Shown here piece by piece: positions 12,935 through 27,057 of a stretch of 64,000 nt of DNA. This DNA comes from Syncephalis fuscata S228. Lineage: Eukaryota; Fungi; Zoopagomycota. The notes beneath the pieces are model-generated. The model was not told where the DNA came from. It made no database searches and worked only from the letters and a program-made list of their open reading frames with translations. How positions within the stretch are numbered: position 1 is the first letter of the stretch; each line of letters begins with the position of its first letter. The stretch is taken from NCBI GenBank assembly GCA_025786725.1, contig JAHLTZ010000010.1:620001-684000 (forward strand), given 5' to 3'. Made by a program: the position numbers and the translations under genes.

Positions 12935-15900
12935 ATGAATGCACATTGTCATATTATTGGAAGTGGCCGTGTTGTTGCAGCATTGGCTGTCAGTCCTCGC
13001 CAGTGCATTGAAGTAGGAATATGTGCTATCGATATGCAGGCCATGGAGTGTATGCTAGTACAAGTAGGCTATTTTAGAATACATAGCCATGACACCAATC
13101 CATGTAATAAATACTATGCTAGTTTGCCGATCGAGTTGGCTATCCAAAGACGCTATATCGTCTCAACATCTACCGCCCAGAAAAGGTTGGTTTGCTTAAA
13201 TAAAGAACAAGCAGTCCAATACTATTATTTATACATGCCTATTGCTATTTATTAGTTAATACTATCGACAGTTGGAACACAATCCAATGGTGTCCAAGTG
13301 GAAGAGCAGATTAGACGCTGCTTGCCAGAATTGGGACTACATACAGTATCGGCTAGCCTATTTGATTCTGTGGGTGGAAAGCAGTATATTCGCAATATGG
13401 CATCGCAGTCGACGAGAAAGCATTGATAACAGATTTGTTTACAAAGTAACCATATTAAGCAATGCATTGTAAATAATATTAATAACTGTGCTTTAGAGAT
13501 GTTGCATTGGCAGCAGTAAGCGGGTTATTCAGGCAAGTACAAGTAATGGATAATCGTCAACTTACAGTATACAATAGATATATGGAAAATGATACTGAGT
13601 GGACACTGCCATCTAACGGCATAAACTTTCAGTATCATGGATTTGAAGGTATTAAGTATTAGTGCAGATTATAAATTACAATAATTCGTATTTATTAGAT
13701 ATTATGATGATTGGTAAGCTAAACAGTAAAAGCTTCTAAACTTATTTTTTGTAGATTTTGTGACTAGTCAATCCTTAGAGATTGTACGTAGCTTAAATAA
13801 AAATCATGCAAAATCAACATTGTTTGGTAATTACTATTATTATTTAATAACTATTTGTTACTTATCCTTGATAGACTCCATCAACTGCACCGTTACTTTG
13901 AGTGGTAGTAAGTTGCAGATAAAATGATAGAGCAGCAATTAAACACCATTAACTTTATTTGGACTGCTAGGTCAGTTATTAAAATCGACACTATTACAGC
14001 CGTTGACTGGTAAGTGCTATTTAAATACTATATTTTAGATATGAAAGCAATGTAGATATTACAGCTATCGAATCTCGTCTGGATGCGGTGGAAGGTAGTG
14101 TTTAGATATGAATATTATATACACAATTAACATAATGCTATTCTAGAATTAATTAGCAACTCAGTAGGTGTTGTGCTACCCAACTGACAAGCTATATACT
14201 AATCAAATCTATAGAGCAATATTATGCCAATTCAAAATGGTAACTATTCAATTATGGCTACAGATTTATGCTTAAATACAACAGCATTGAGTAGAACTAA
14301 ATTGCTAGGACCCGTTATACAAAAGGTGATTATTGCATATAAATTTAATAGTTTCTAAAACTCTTTTATGCAGCTGGTATCGGTGGCTCTTGGCCATAAA
14401 ACTACATTGAGTCATTTACTTGTCGTATATCAGCTTGGTATAGCAACACAGAATATTTACCGTTTGACAGAAATATACAAATCAAGCTGCTTAAAGATAT
14501 TCATAAAGTAATAATAAAAACATTTATAAGCAAATGTTATGCTAACAACAACAGACTTTTATGCAGCGACATCTTCAAGTATTTTCCAAAAAAATTGAAA
14601 ACATATTTGAACCTGACTATCTACAAGAGAAGCTAAATATAGCGCCAAAGAATAAAGCGCTTTATAGCTTTGCCATTCAAGTAGGTTAACCTTGCTTTAC
14701 AGCATTGGCTTACACAATATAGTCTACCAAGGATACTCAGCTTGAAATAGGTAACACAATTAACCAATGAATGATAAATACTACGATAACACATAAATAA
14801 TAGCTTATAAAATGTACACTGAAACTGTTAACGACTTTCAGCTATTGATTGAGCACTACAACAGTAAGTTGCATGTTATTAAGCAGCTTGTAAAAATAAT
14901 TTGCATAGGTAAATATAACATTGATTTAAGCCTGGTACTTAACAAGAATGATTGTTTTGACGTTGTGTCCGAATTACCGTGCGAAAACAACGATGAACTT
15001 ATTCCAATCGGCAAACATGGAAAAAACACATTCTACTACGCTTCATTATTGATTGTAGGTATTTATGTTAATTTTAGAATAACTATAGTTGATAGCAATT
15101 AATAGAATAGATTAAATGTAAGAATTGGACATATTGTCAGTGAGATTCACACTGTTTCCCACCGGTAGGCTATTGCATTTTAGTTGCTAGACTTAAATAA
15201 CGCTATAGAATATAGAATACTGCACCCAGTTGTTGTATATATTCGCTCCAAGACATATAGAATGTATTCATTAATGCAAACAATTGCTCTATTGGATGTA
15301 CTTTTATGCTTTGCCCAAAATGCAACTGGAAGTCAACAAGGTAAGAAATAAATAGATTGACTACAGCCACAATTCATTAATATCTCAATAACAGTTCGTC
15401 CATTATTTGCTAAAAGTTTAGTGTTGAAACAACACGGCCATGCAATCCGTTGTAATAAAAGCAAATCAGTCGTTTATATAGTAAAAAACGATGTATTTAT
15501 GGATCAAGAGACTAACTTTCAACTAATTACTGGGCAAGTAAAGTAATATTTAGATTAAGTCATCTTTTAATCTATTAAATAGGCCAAATATGAGTGGTAA
15601 ATCAACTTATATGAAGCAAGTGGCCATTGCCGTTATTATGGCTCAAACAGGACTTTGTAGGTTATTTTATTATAAAACAAGTAATTGAACAGTGCTATTA
15701 ACACCAAACGGTTATATTACGTTTCGGCCGAATATGCGGCTATTCAATGCTGCCATCGGTTATTTTTTAGAAATTATTTAAATTGTCATTTCCCTGGCAC
15801 ATCAGCATTTGTACAGCAATTACAAGAAATGAAGTTTCTACTGCATTGTTTAGATGGACATTCATTGATTCTATTAGATGAAATGGAAAGAAGTAAGTTA

Positions 15901-16669
15901 TTATATAAATATACATCACTATATTCATCAGTTGGGCAGACACGACGTTTGTTGAAGCTGTTAGTATAGCAGCAGCCTTTTGCAAAGAAATTGTTAAACA
16001 TAATGTAATTGTTTATTTTTATGTATTTGCTATTTCTAATGACTACAAATTAGACATTTGTAATGCTGGCCACACATGCCGCAGAATTAATAGAATGTTG
16101 CCACTATTTAGATCTGCATCCAGTACATCTTTCGATGAAGGCAACTAGCTTTACAGTTATTAGATTTATGATAGACTAAATGGTAATAATGCTAATAGGT
16201 AGTGCAACATACTGATGATCACCAGATAAAATACTTTTACAGTATTACAACAGACCATGACAATGCATTTAATTCAAACTATGGTAATTTACTGTTATTT
16301 ACTTGGTATCATTTACTTATTATTATTATAAGGCTTAATTACTGCACAACATGCTTATCTTCCTCAAACATTAATGAAAATGGCACATCAATTTGCACAA
16401 CAGGTCAGTCATTTTGCTTAATTTCATAAATACTAAATCGATTTACTTGTTAATAAATCTGTTATTAGTTGAAACAACCAATAAATCCCTTGCAAGAACC
16501 TAAACAGTCTACTGGCACTCTATCTACTATATTGCCGGATCTACTTCAATTAGCACGCGAGAACGCTTCTTCTCCAAATAATCATGAACAAGAAACAGCA
16601 CTACGAAAGCAATTAAAGGTGCTTCAATTGCGTTTTATAAATTCAATCTCCAATGAATCGATTGACTAG
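12935..16669 (+). CDS. MSH4: Meiotic MutS homologue, MSH4-like, strongly diverged and very intron-rich
   Basis: [18 protein letters not shown]|FAD...[13 protein letters not shown] (MSH4-type N-terminus, no mismatch-binding domain I); [28 protein letters not shown]; SLILLDE; LATH; NYGL. Confidence 0.75.
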
Positions 16670-16843
16670 AATGGCAATAACGTGTAACCATTGAAATAAT
16701 AAACAATTAAGCTTTTTATTCTCTATTTCAGTCATTTCTCTACTTGTTTAATCGTTTTGCATTCTAAATAGTTATATTACGTTGATAGTCAACGATCGTC
16801 GAATACAACTACATCAATCTGATTGCTAACGAACGATTGAATA

Positions 16844-19429
16844 ATGCCGACTGATTTTAAAAAACTGTTTATATTTCTATTTCTTCTCCGGCTACTGCTG
16901 GCTCTCGCTCCGGGTTACGTACATCCCGACGAATTCTTTCAGTCGCCTGAAATCAGTGCCGGCAATGTATTGAACGTGCGTAACTGGATACCTTGGGAGT
17001 ATGACGAGGCATATCCTTGCCGATCCATCGTATTTCCGTAAGTACTGCCTATGTTTATATCTATTATGAATAGCTTATATATAAATATACATATTCATCA
17101 CGAATAGTATGCTGACTACCGGTCTGCCTTTCTTATGGCTCCGTTCACTACAATGGATAGCCGATACAAGCGGCTTCAATGGTTTGTAGTATTTGCTAGT
17201 TAAATAGACGCGCTTTACTTATATTCTATTCTATCTATTATTCTATATGATTGCTACAACAGTCAATTTTATGACTCCATTAATAGTATTTTCTACAACG
17301 CGATTGGCCTTTTTCATTTACTCATTTCTTATAGGTAAATAGCTTTATTTGTGACCATTTGTTACTGATACTTTATAGATTTGTGTATCTATAAGATTTG
17401 TCGTTTAAATGCTCAGGATCCCTGGCGACCGATGTTGGTAGCCGCATCGTCCTATGTTCTACTCGTCTATCATACACGCTCCTTTTCCAATACAATTGAA
17501 TCCATTTTATTGGGATTTGTTCTATGGTCATTTTTCGACCTAGTCCTACGTGGACTTGGTAAACGAACATTACATGCAGTGAGTCGACATATGTAAACAA
17601 TACCATTTAGTATAACTATACTAACACATTGACTATTAACCATTAGCACCTTTCCCGCCGTATATTACTACTTGGCGCTCTTATGGTTGTGGGACTATTT
17701 GCCCGTATTACTATGGCATTTTTCTGCATTCCTGTAGTATTGGCCTTTTGTTATGTTATCGATCAACGATCTGGACTACGTACCATTGGCAGTTGGTAAG
17801 TCATATGTTATACGATACTCTACTACCTCTATTCATCAGCGTATACTAGGTCATGGCGTTGTCAAAATGTTCTATATCAAGCCATACCTGCTGTTGTTGG
17901 TGCACTATTAGCTGGCACTGTATGCATTCTTATTGATTCTATTTATTTCCGCAGCTTTATTATTCTAATGAATGGAAATGCACTAACCTGGTCAGATATT
18001 TCACAATTATTACAAGATCCACGTTTAATTTCATTATCGCAATTCTCATTTACGGTAACCTATAGAATACGTGTCAAATAACGAATAGTTTGGTAATTGG
18101 CATTAATAGGGATCACTCGTAGTAACACCGTGGAATAATGCTCGTTACAATATGAAAACAGAAAATTTGAATCAACATGGCTTACATCCTCATTATTTGC
18201 ATCTATTGGTGAATATGCCAATGCTTTATGGTCCTTTGGTCTGGATGGCCTACAAACGAATAATACAAAAGATAATGAAACGTCAGTTATCAAGTCGATT
18301 ATATTTCCGTTCAGGTATGAAAGAATAGTCAATTAGAGCATAGATTACTAACACCAATACTATATCTATAATAGTTACAGGCTATGTGGCCATTCTAGGT
18401 GTACTGGCGCTCTCTATTGTACCACACCAAGAAGCCCGTTTTCTACTACCAGTTATTATCCCATTGATAATATCGTTGAGTCAACATTTTATTAATCGAT
18501 CTCGATCATTCTGGGTAATTATTAAACTATCATAAACATGAATATCATTTACTTACTAATGAATATTATTGTAGACAATATGGATCATATTCAATACAGT
18601 AGGGGCTATTCTATTTGGTGGATTGCATCAAGCAGGAATTATACCAGCCATACATAAAATATATACCAATAGTTTAGCAAATCAATGTGAATCACTACCA
18701 TTATCAACCTCAGAATATCCATTAATGTATTGTCAACATTCAAATAATGCAACAAAAACAATAGCAAAAACAGGTAAGTAAAGTATTGATAGCCATATAA
18801 AGTAATAACATCAATCGATAGCTATACACGCTAAACGAACTAAAGTAATATTCTACAAAACTTATATGCCACCAGAGCATTTATTTTTACAATCTAATCA
18901 ACTAAACACTATTCGTACGTATATACATATACATACACATATACATATTATTAATATTAATATTATAACCAATTTAATACTAATGTAATACATAGATGAT
19001 TCTACTATACAATTGATGGATTTAGGTGGTGGTTCTATAGATACATTACTATCTCAACTAGGCTCTCACCATCATTTACCAGTAATTACACCTACTATGG
19101 TATCAATTTCCAATGAACCGATCAGTTCTTATCCCGCCATTTATACATTTAATCCAACGCATGGCCACTATGAACGGTAACTATTTGGTTTATTTATTTA
19201 TTTATGTATTATATACTTATTAATTATACGCTATTCTAGTACTTTGGTAGTTATGCCTAGCTATATTCATCTCCCTCCACCGTCAACTACAACACAATTC
19301 AAGCTAATCCACATCTCTACAGTATTCCCTCATCTAAGTCTAGACCATATAGATATCTGGATGGAGGAACCAAATCGATTCATTGATGGACTAACCCTAT
19401 CCATTTATCAACTGTCACAACTCCGATAA
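16844..19429 (+). CDS. SMP3: GPI mannosyltransferase 4 (Smp3/PIG-Z)
   Basis: [16 protein letters not shown]...[45 protein letters not shown]. Confidence 0.9.
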
Positions 19430-20576
19430 AAGTAGTTCAATTCTATCGACCTTTAACACCGTCCATTATATGATTTATCGTAAAATTACCATTAATTAAC
19501 ATCAATATTAGTACTATTAAAGTTTAGTTTACCAATTGCATAAATTCCCCGTTATTAAAAGCACACTTTAGTTGTTGTACCAATAATTGATCATTTAATA
19601 GAAAGGGATCAATACCATTTAATGAATCTATTAATAAATGAGTATCTGTTTGCGTACCCTGATCTCTAGTAAGTGGCACTGATGCTATAGACTGCGTTAA
19701 TGTGGTTGGTGTACAAAGCAAAGAAGGTAAATGATAGTTCAATCCACGATGTGTATCCGTTTGTGATTGACTCCAACTAGATTGACTATCAGATGGTGTT
19801 ACTACTCTTGTACGGGCAGTTATTTGTTTATGTGGGTTATTAATACTAGAAGTGAGTTGATTCAATTTAAATTGAGATTTTGATAGAGTTCTATACGATT
19901 GTATCCAGTCAAAACATTGTCGACAAGTGTCGGTGTCATAAAAGTGAAGATAGACACGCGTATCTTGTTGTGATTCCTAATAATAATATATAGATAGATA
20001 GATACACATAAATATAATATAAATATATATTAATCGTTAATTGAATAAAAGTTCATACCTTGTCATTTAATACTAGTTGTTGTCGTATAATTAACTGTTC
20101 ATTATCTCGTTTAATCTGTAATTGGTGCTCGTGTATATGACTGGCCAATAAAGATACCGTCCACTAGAGAATAGAATAGTAAACATAGATCGAAATACTT
20201 GTATGGTACTTGGTCCACTTACTACAACGTTTCTATTGCCACTTCTACTATACTCTTGTTCATCCATAGGTGCAGTATATACTTGTAGTTTGCGCTGTAT
20301 ATCACTCGTCATAACATGAATGCCTATGGATATGGGATGGCAATCTATTTGCAAACTAGATATAGACGACGGTAGCTGTAATAATATTGACGGTTTCCAA
20401 GTTAACTTGGCAATAGGCCAGCCTTTACATGCTGTCTTATATCTTGCTTCTTCTTCTCCTTCTTCTTCCTGTTGGTGGTGCTGGTGCTGTCCTTTCTGCT
20501 CTTGTTCTTCCATACGAGCATATACCCAGTTATTGCGACTTGTATTATGCAGTGGCATAGATATAAGAGGTGACAT
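19415..20576 (-). CDS. Putative REC114-like meiotic double-strand-break protein
   Basis: Spliced model: WPIAKLTW ... WTVSLL..LQIKRDNEQLII ... RVYLHFYDTDTCRQCFDWIQSY (PH-like), S/T-rich linker, then C-terminal LVQQLKCAFNNGEFMQL|[11 protein letters not shown]. This resembles the Rec114 motif layout as recalled; no search was run. Confidence 0.55.
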
Positions 20577-20698
20577 TGAAATTGATAGGAATATAATTCA
20601 CACTCACCATTCTCTACACTTTTTAGTAACTACAACATTCTTCACACCTTTTATTAACTATAACACTCTCTACACGTTCATTGACCACTATTAACAAG

Positions 20699-23201
20699 AT
20701 GGTATTTACTAGGACAATTAGTTACTAATCTACAAGTGACTAACTCTTGTTATAGGGGAATGAACAAACCAAAGCTGAATTCGTTACTACTAAACCTCAA
20801 ACTACCAATGGATTAGATATAAGAAGTAGTGGAGGTGGAGGATTACCGTCGTCACCTACACCGCCTACAACGCAGCGTACTTTTAATAATAACAACAACA
20901 ACAACAATAGTAACAGTAATAGTAACAGTAATAGTAACAGCAATAGTAACAACAATAGCAATACAAGTCGGTTTAAACCAATGCTAGTTGATGTTAGTCG
21001 AGGTATTCACTGTAACTGTAAGTAGTCTTTTTACTATTCATATAATTAGTATCAATAATACTAATATCAATGACGGTCGTCATAGTAAAAATCGTTATAC
21101 GTGGTGCTCAAAAGACAGGCAAATCCACACTATGTAAATAGCCATATAATATATATAGTACTATATAATTAACCAATTATTCTAGTTCATAGAGTACAAG
21201 GACTGCCATTTAGTGATCAGTACACACCTACACCACAAATACAAGTTGAGAATATCCAATGGAACTATAATGGTAGGCATGGCGTCTATATTAATATTAA
21301 TAAACTCATTTGTGTAATAGATCACCAGTCAAATGTTATTAAAGTCGAGTTCTGGGATGTAGTAGATCATGGCATTGTTACAGGTAATCTATTATATAGA
21401 TCAATCTATCAATATCAATATTAATAGCAATATTATAGAGGAAATCCATCAAGATAATGATCCCCACCGTAACATGATGTCATCATTATTATTAGATGCC
21501 GAGACAGTTGATGTGTATCGAGGGGCAAATGCGGTTGTATTAATGTATGATGTCACTCGAGAAGAGACACTGGATTACGTAAAACAACATTTACCAAATA
21601 TACCACACGGTATTCCTATTCTTATACTAGTACGTATAGTGTATAATATACATATACATATAGACTAATCGTTATTTATATAGGCCAATTTCTGTGATAA
21701 AACGTAATTATTAATAACCAGTTATTGTATATATATATATAGTATCTAATGAATATAATAGAGAGGACAGAATAATAGAGAGAGATCATGTTATGGAATG
21801 GCTATCTGATTTTGAAGAAGAGAAATCACCTGCCTCTGATTTCGTATTTGAATTTATTCGATATACAGAAGCCAGTCTAAAGAACGGACAAGGTCTTGAT
21901 TATTTACATCGATTCTTAGGTGTACCATTTCTAGCCTCACAGGTAAATAGAAATAGTATTATAGATTCAACAGACTAAATAGTAGTTACAACTAGGTGGA
22001 TACACTAAGACGACAACTAACGACACGGGCTGAGGAACTTGGTCAATTATTAGCCTCATTGGATGCTTCTAAAGTAACTCGTGGTAATTAATACTTTATA
22101 TCTATAGTACACTATTTAATACTAACATTATTTTATTTAGAACATAAGTCGATAGATTCAAATAATAATGATAATAAACAAGATAAACATAAAGATAGTA
22201 ATCCATTAACCCTTGAAAATGGATGGGATGATACAACAACAACAACACAAATGAAATCACCTATTACATTTAATTCAGGCACATCACTGGCCAATTATCC
22301 ATCAAATGGACATGCTAATCATATGACAGAACAAGAATTGGCCCATAGAAAGAAACGACGACAGAGACAAGGTGCTATGCTTAAACATCTATCACACGCT
22401 AAATGGGATGATGACGATGAAGAAGATGAGGATGAGGATGAGGAAGAGGATGTATATGATAACCGTCATGGTCATAGTTATTTAGAGAAAAGTTATAGTG
22501 GCAAATTATCCATTTCTCCTTTAACTTCTACTTCTACTACTTCTACTTCTACTACAACTAAACAAACAAGTCATCATCATGTACAACAATCATGGATATC
22601 GCCTAATCATACCAGTAATACTATTATAGGTGCTATGCATCATAGCAATAGATATTATAATGATGATGATGAAGATTATGGAGGCAATGCTTATCCTAAT
22701 CCATTAGTAGCTGCTGATGAAGATATTGATGAAGATGAAGAGAGAGAACGAGATATTAGACAGGATCACTATACTAATACACAGTATTTATTAACAGCAT
22801 CCAATATTACTGAATCGATATCAAATACCATAGAGAATGAAGTGGCAACAGTACATTTATCACAGAGTGAATATCAATCATCATCTCTATTTATATTAAA
22901 TAAAGAAGAGGAGGAAGAGGAAGAGGAAGAGGAAGAAAAGGATGATAACCGTAACAACGAAATCGATTATAAAATACAGGAAAACGAAAACCACTCGATG
23001 TATTTTAATATAGGATCACCATTAGAAAGTGATATAGATTATGGGATGAGTGAACATACAACAATAACTACACAAGAATATCGAGATACAACATCACATA
23101 GTACTAATCATTTATCATTTTCAACTGATTATACACCGTCACCTGCTCTATCTGATACATTTGAAGATAATAGTAATCCATGGGCTAGTCATGATGTATA
23201 A
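20699..23201 (+). CDS. RABL6: Rab-like protein 6 (RBEL1/PARF) homologue with long acidic tail
   Basis: GIHCN|LKIVIRGAQKTGKSTL...RVQGLPFSDQYTPTPQIQVENIQWNY...IKVEFWDVVD...LDAETVDVYRGANAV...GLDYLHRFLGVPFL. Confidence 0.85.
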
Positions 23202-23304
23202 TAATAATATTAATAATAGACTGTTTATTCCTATGTTAATAATAATGGTGCATTGTCGTGTTACTGATGATGGTAGTGGTAAAGTAATAGAGTAATAATG
23301 ATGA

Positions 23305-24344
23305 TTATATCGGTAATAGACTTGATACACTACGACTCATAGTGCGTGTACCATAAACAAGTGTGGTTCGACCACCTGGTAAATAAGAGACTGTATACCT
23401 AATAAGATGGATAGTAGATGTTATTAATATGCCAATTAATAGGATGAGTTGTCTATTTACCATATAAGAGCAACAATTTGAATAATGGCTCCTATTAATG
23501 TTAACAAATAGCTCTTTAACTAAACAGAATACAGTACATTACTACTAGTATTAATATTATTAATTGATATGATGACTTACACCTAGTGCAAAGTATAGTG
23601 TAAGCACCATGGATGTAATGTAGGTTATGGTAAAGGGTAAGCGGTCACGCGATATCAGATGCATTAAATGAGCGTGAGGTCCTTTGAATAAAGCAAAGCT
23701 GTTATAATATAGCGTAAATATTAAGAGTGATCTAATTATAGTTAATGTTATATATTACCTAGCCATAACAAATAAACTGCCAAAAGTAAATGAGACGGCA
23801 AATTTACGAGGAACTACTAATAGCCATGGCAGTGTAAAGAATGCCTAGTAATATGGAAATATGGTAAGATAATAGTTATTAATAAATCTTGGCATTGATA
23901 TACTTGCCACAATAAAGAAGACACATCCAGTGACGAGACATACAGCAAATCCTATCATACGCTATATATTGATATATTAGTAGTAGTAGTAGTAGTAGTA
24001 GTGGTAGTAGTAGATTCATTGGTTAACTACACTATTGAACTTACCTGATAATAGGATAGACCATACCATGATTCTTGTTCTTGTGATTCGCCAAGTGGAG
24101 TAAATCCTTGTAAACGGTTTGAAAATGATGACCAGCCTGTACTTGCTGTCGAGGAGATACGGCCAAAGATGCTAGGACCACTACTGCCAATACCGCCGCT
24201 AGTGGCAAAGGGAGAAGCCGTGGTGGGTCCACCAAAGCCAGCACTGTTATTATTATTATTATTTCTAGTAGAGCTGCCATAGCCGAATGCCCGTAAGCGA
24301 TCAGCCATACTAGACGTTGAATTGGGTGCCGAAGCAGAAGCCAT
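23305..24344 (-). CDS. SFT2: SFT2/Got1-family vesicle transport protein
   Basis: GLSYYQ|RMIGFAVCL...PRKFAVSFTFGSL...GPHAHL..LISRDRLPFT...YTVSYLPGG. Confidence 0.88.
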
Positions 24345-24691
24345 TATAAAGCGTGGTAGAAACTAAACAGTAGTAGTAGTAGTAGTTATGAAGAAAGAGA
24401 ACTGAGCAAGTGAGCGAATGAGTGCGTCAGTGATGGCAATCACCTGTTGTCAACGATAATATGGCCACGTCTATCATTTTTTGTTATGTTAGTAAATTCA
24501 ATACAATTGTAGTAATTAATAAAATAAAATATTTATATTAATCAATTAATTCTTTAATTAATAATTAATTAATATTGTTATAGCAATATAAGCACTATTT
24601 ATTGCTCATTTCAATGACAAATCCATACAAACAAAACGATAGAGGCGGCCACTTAACCAGCCAGCCAGCCAGCCATATTACAATTATTGCA

Positions 24692-25849
24692 CTAAAGGGT
24701 GAATCCTTTGGCGAAGGACTCGTCGAGAACACGTGTCAATTCTGGTACACCATCGAGAATGTTGCCTTCGTACTCGCCCGCACCGTAGTTCTCGCATGCT
24801 TTAGCAAAACGCTTAATCCACGAGGGCACACCTTTGGACAGAACCCAGTCAAATAGTGTTGTAGGCAATGTACCACGAGGATCCTCCTCATAATAGACGT
24901 AGACGGTGGTTGAAAAGGGACTCGCTGGTGATGCTTGTAATACCACCGTTTGACGACATTTCTTTACACGAATACAGTTTGATTGCTCTGGTTCAGCCGC
25001 GGTCTCGTCCGACTTTGTCAAAATAATCCAAGTGGTCTCTCGATCAACATCCTTTACGAGCAATAAAACAGATACACTATTAATATACATCTATTTATTT
25101 CAAATCTATTAATAGATCAGTTACCATTATTCGACTTTCTCTTAATAAATAATAGTCGCGATTTTGAATTGGCCTAGTCAGTTATGGCTAGCATTAATGA
25201 TATGCATGATGCTGCACTATTGCCACTTACCAGCGATGTTCCTGCAGCCAGTAAATGTTGTGGGGGGCCTTATGTTGCGGCTTTGCATCTGTGTTCTCAT
25301 TGTCTGACAACGCTTCCTTTTCAGCCTACCTACAATGCGTAACGCTTCTGGCTTGTAGTTGTCCCACCGCCGACTAAAATCGAAAAGAGAGACAGAAAAC
25401 GAAAGCGTTGCATTGTATCAATAATGACGACAATAGCAATGCAAAGTGCAATGGTAGTAAACAATAATGCAATCAATCGATGTAAAGTAATAATTGTTAG
25501 CGAATTATTGGACATACAATAAAACTAGACGTGTTATAGTCGTACAGACTGATTAACCATAACACCGAAACTACACGCCTATTTCTCTATTGTCCAACGC
25601 CAGTGCCTCAACAACAACAACAACACGTACCGATAGTCCAAGTCGACAAAAACATCATGACAAGTGTCGGGTTTTACATCGACGAGTTCGCCGCGGGCCA
25701 TGTATTCATAGCTATTGTTATTGGATACGCGTCGAAATAGTTGGATGTCGCCTGTCTTGCCAAGCGGCTCCCACCATCAGCTGTTGCTTGCTCCAATGGT
25801 TGTTGGAATTCGGCACTGCCGTATCAAAATCCGTGCTAGTAAAAGTCAT
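24692..25849 (-). CDS. START-domain lipid transfer protein, PCTP/StARD2-like (apparent indels)
   Basis: MTFTSTDFD...IQLFRR...YEYMARGELVDVKPDTCHDVFVDLDYR ... NRDY ... CIRV...YYEEDPRGTLPTTLFDWVLSKGVPSWIKRFAKACENY. Confidence 0.75.
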
Positions 25850-26380
25850 TGCTACAAAAATAGGTTCGAAAAAGAAAAGGCTAGAACAACAGAAAAGAAA
25901 GAACGCTATCGTGAAGTAGACGGAATGTGTGTTACCGTGTTACTTGCTGTAATTAGAATCTGTTCTTTGCGACTGTTTTTCATCCCCCACTGTTTAATCA
26001 TTGGATAATAAAAATAGATACCAACAGATGATAACCAATGAAACATGTAGCTGGCGGTTTTTCTAATGAGATTATGGCCTTTGGACTTGCTAACTAGTGC
26101 CAGTTGCAGCAATGTTGAACACAGTAAAGCGTTTATCGCATCTATTTGCATCTACCATTCTAGTTATACGGTGCTAGTGCTGTAGGTACAAATCGAATAT
26201 AAAAGCAACCGATCTATCCACCATAATTTACTTGTTTCCTCACCACATTGCATCCACTGTTTTTTAGCAAGCAAACATCCAGCATCCAAGCATCAAGCAT
26301 TTATTTGTAGCTTTCATACTTTACTTTGCATCTCAAGAACATTAGCACCAGTTATCAGCACTAGCATCATCAAGAACAAA

Positions 26381-26823
26381 ATGCGTTTCACTCTTTCCAC
26401 CGCTACCGTCCTGGCCACTGTCGCCACCATCATGGCCATGACCACATCTACCGATGCTTACTACACCAACGATATGAAAGATAGCTATAACAAGTCCGAT
26501 ATTCATATAGGCTATCGCCCCTTAATGTGGACTATGGACTCAACAATTTGGCCCAAGCTCACAACAACTTGCAAATGAATAGCAGACAACCAATAGGCAA
26601 TCTACTCAATAACGGCCAGGGTCTTAGCAATCTTAGATACTATTCTGGTGGCAATTGGAATAGTTATGCTATGTCAGTGGGCCAGGGCTACAGAGATATG
26701 GCTGCATTCCTTAATGCTGTACAGGGTCAAATCGCATTCAGGGGCGACTACAATTACGTTGGTATCGCCAAGGACGATGGCAACAATGGTCCATACTACA
26801 CCATTGTTGTAGGTAGAAAATAA
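26381..26823 (+). CDS. Secreted divergent CAP/SCP-like protein, intronless; frameshift near 26525 (error or pseudogene)
   Basis: Signal peptide ORF 26381-26578 joins 26527-26823: LNNLAQAHNN...GDYNYVGIA...GPYYTIVVG, parallel to the 9113 paralogue. Confidence 0.65.
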
Positions 26824-27057
26824 GCATCTAATGCTGCCTGAAACCAGTAGTAACTGAACAAATGCCACTAAGTTTGATTGATTTTAAATAAACATTGCTT
26901 GTTTAAACATGACATTGACAACGTAATAGTGTAATGAATTGTAATACTATTATGTTTTCATAATAGTTGCTATAATTATATAAAACATTCAAGTGAAATG
27001 GCACAAACAGATTCGCATTTATTATGACTATAATAGAATACTATCAATTTAGAATGG

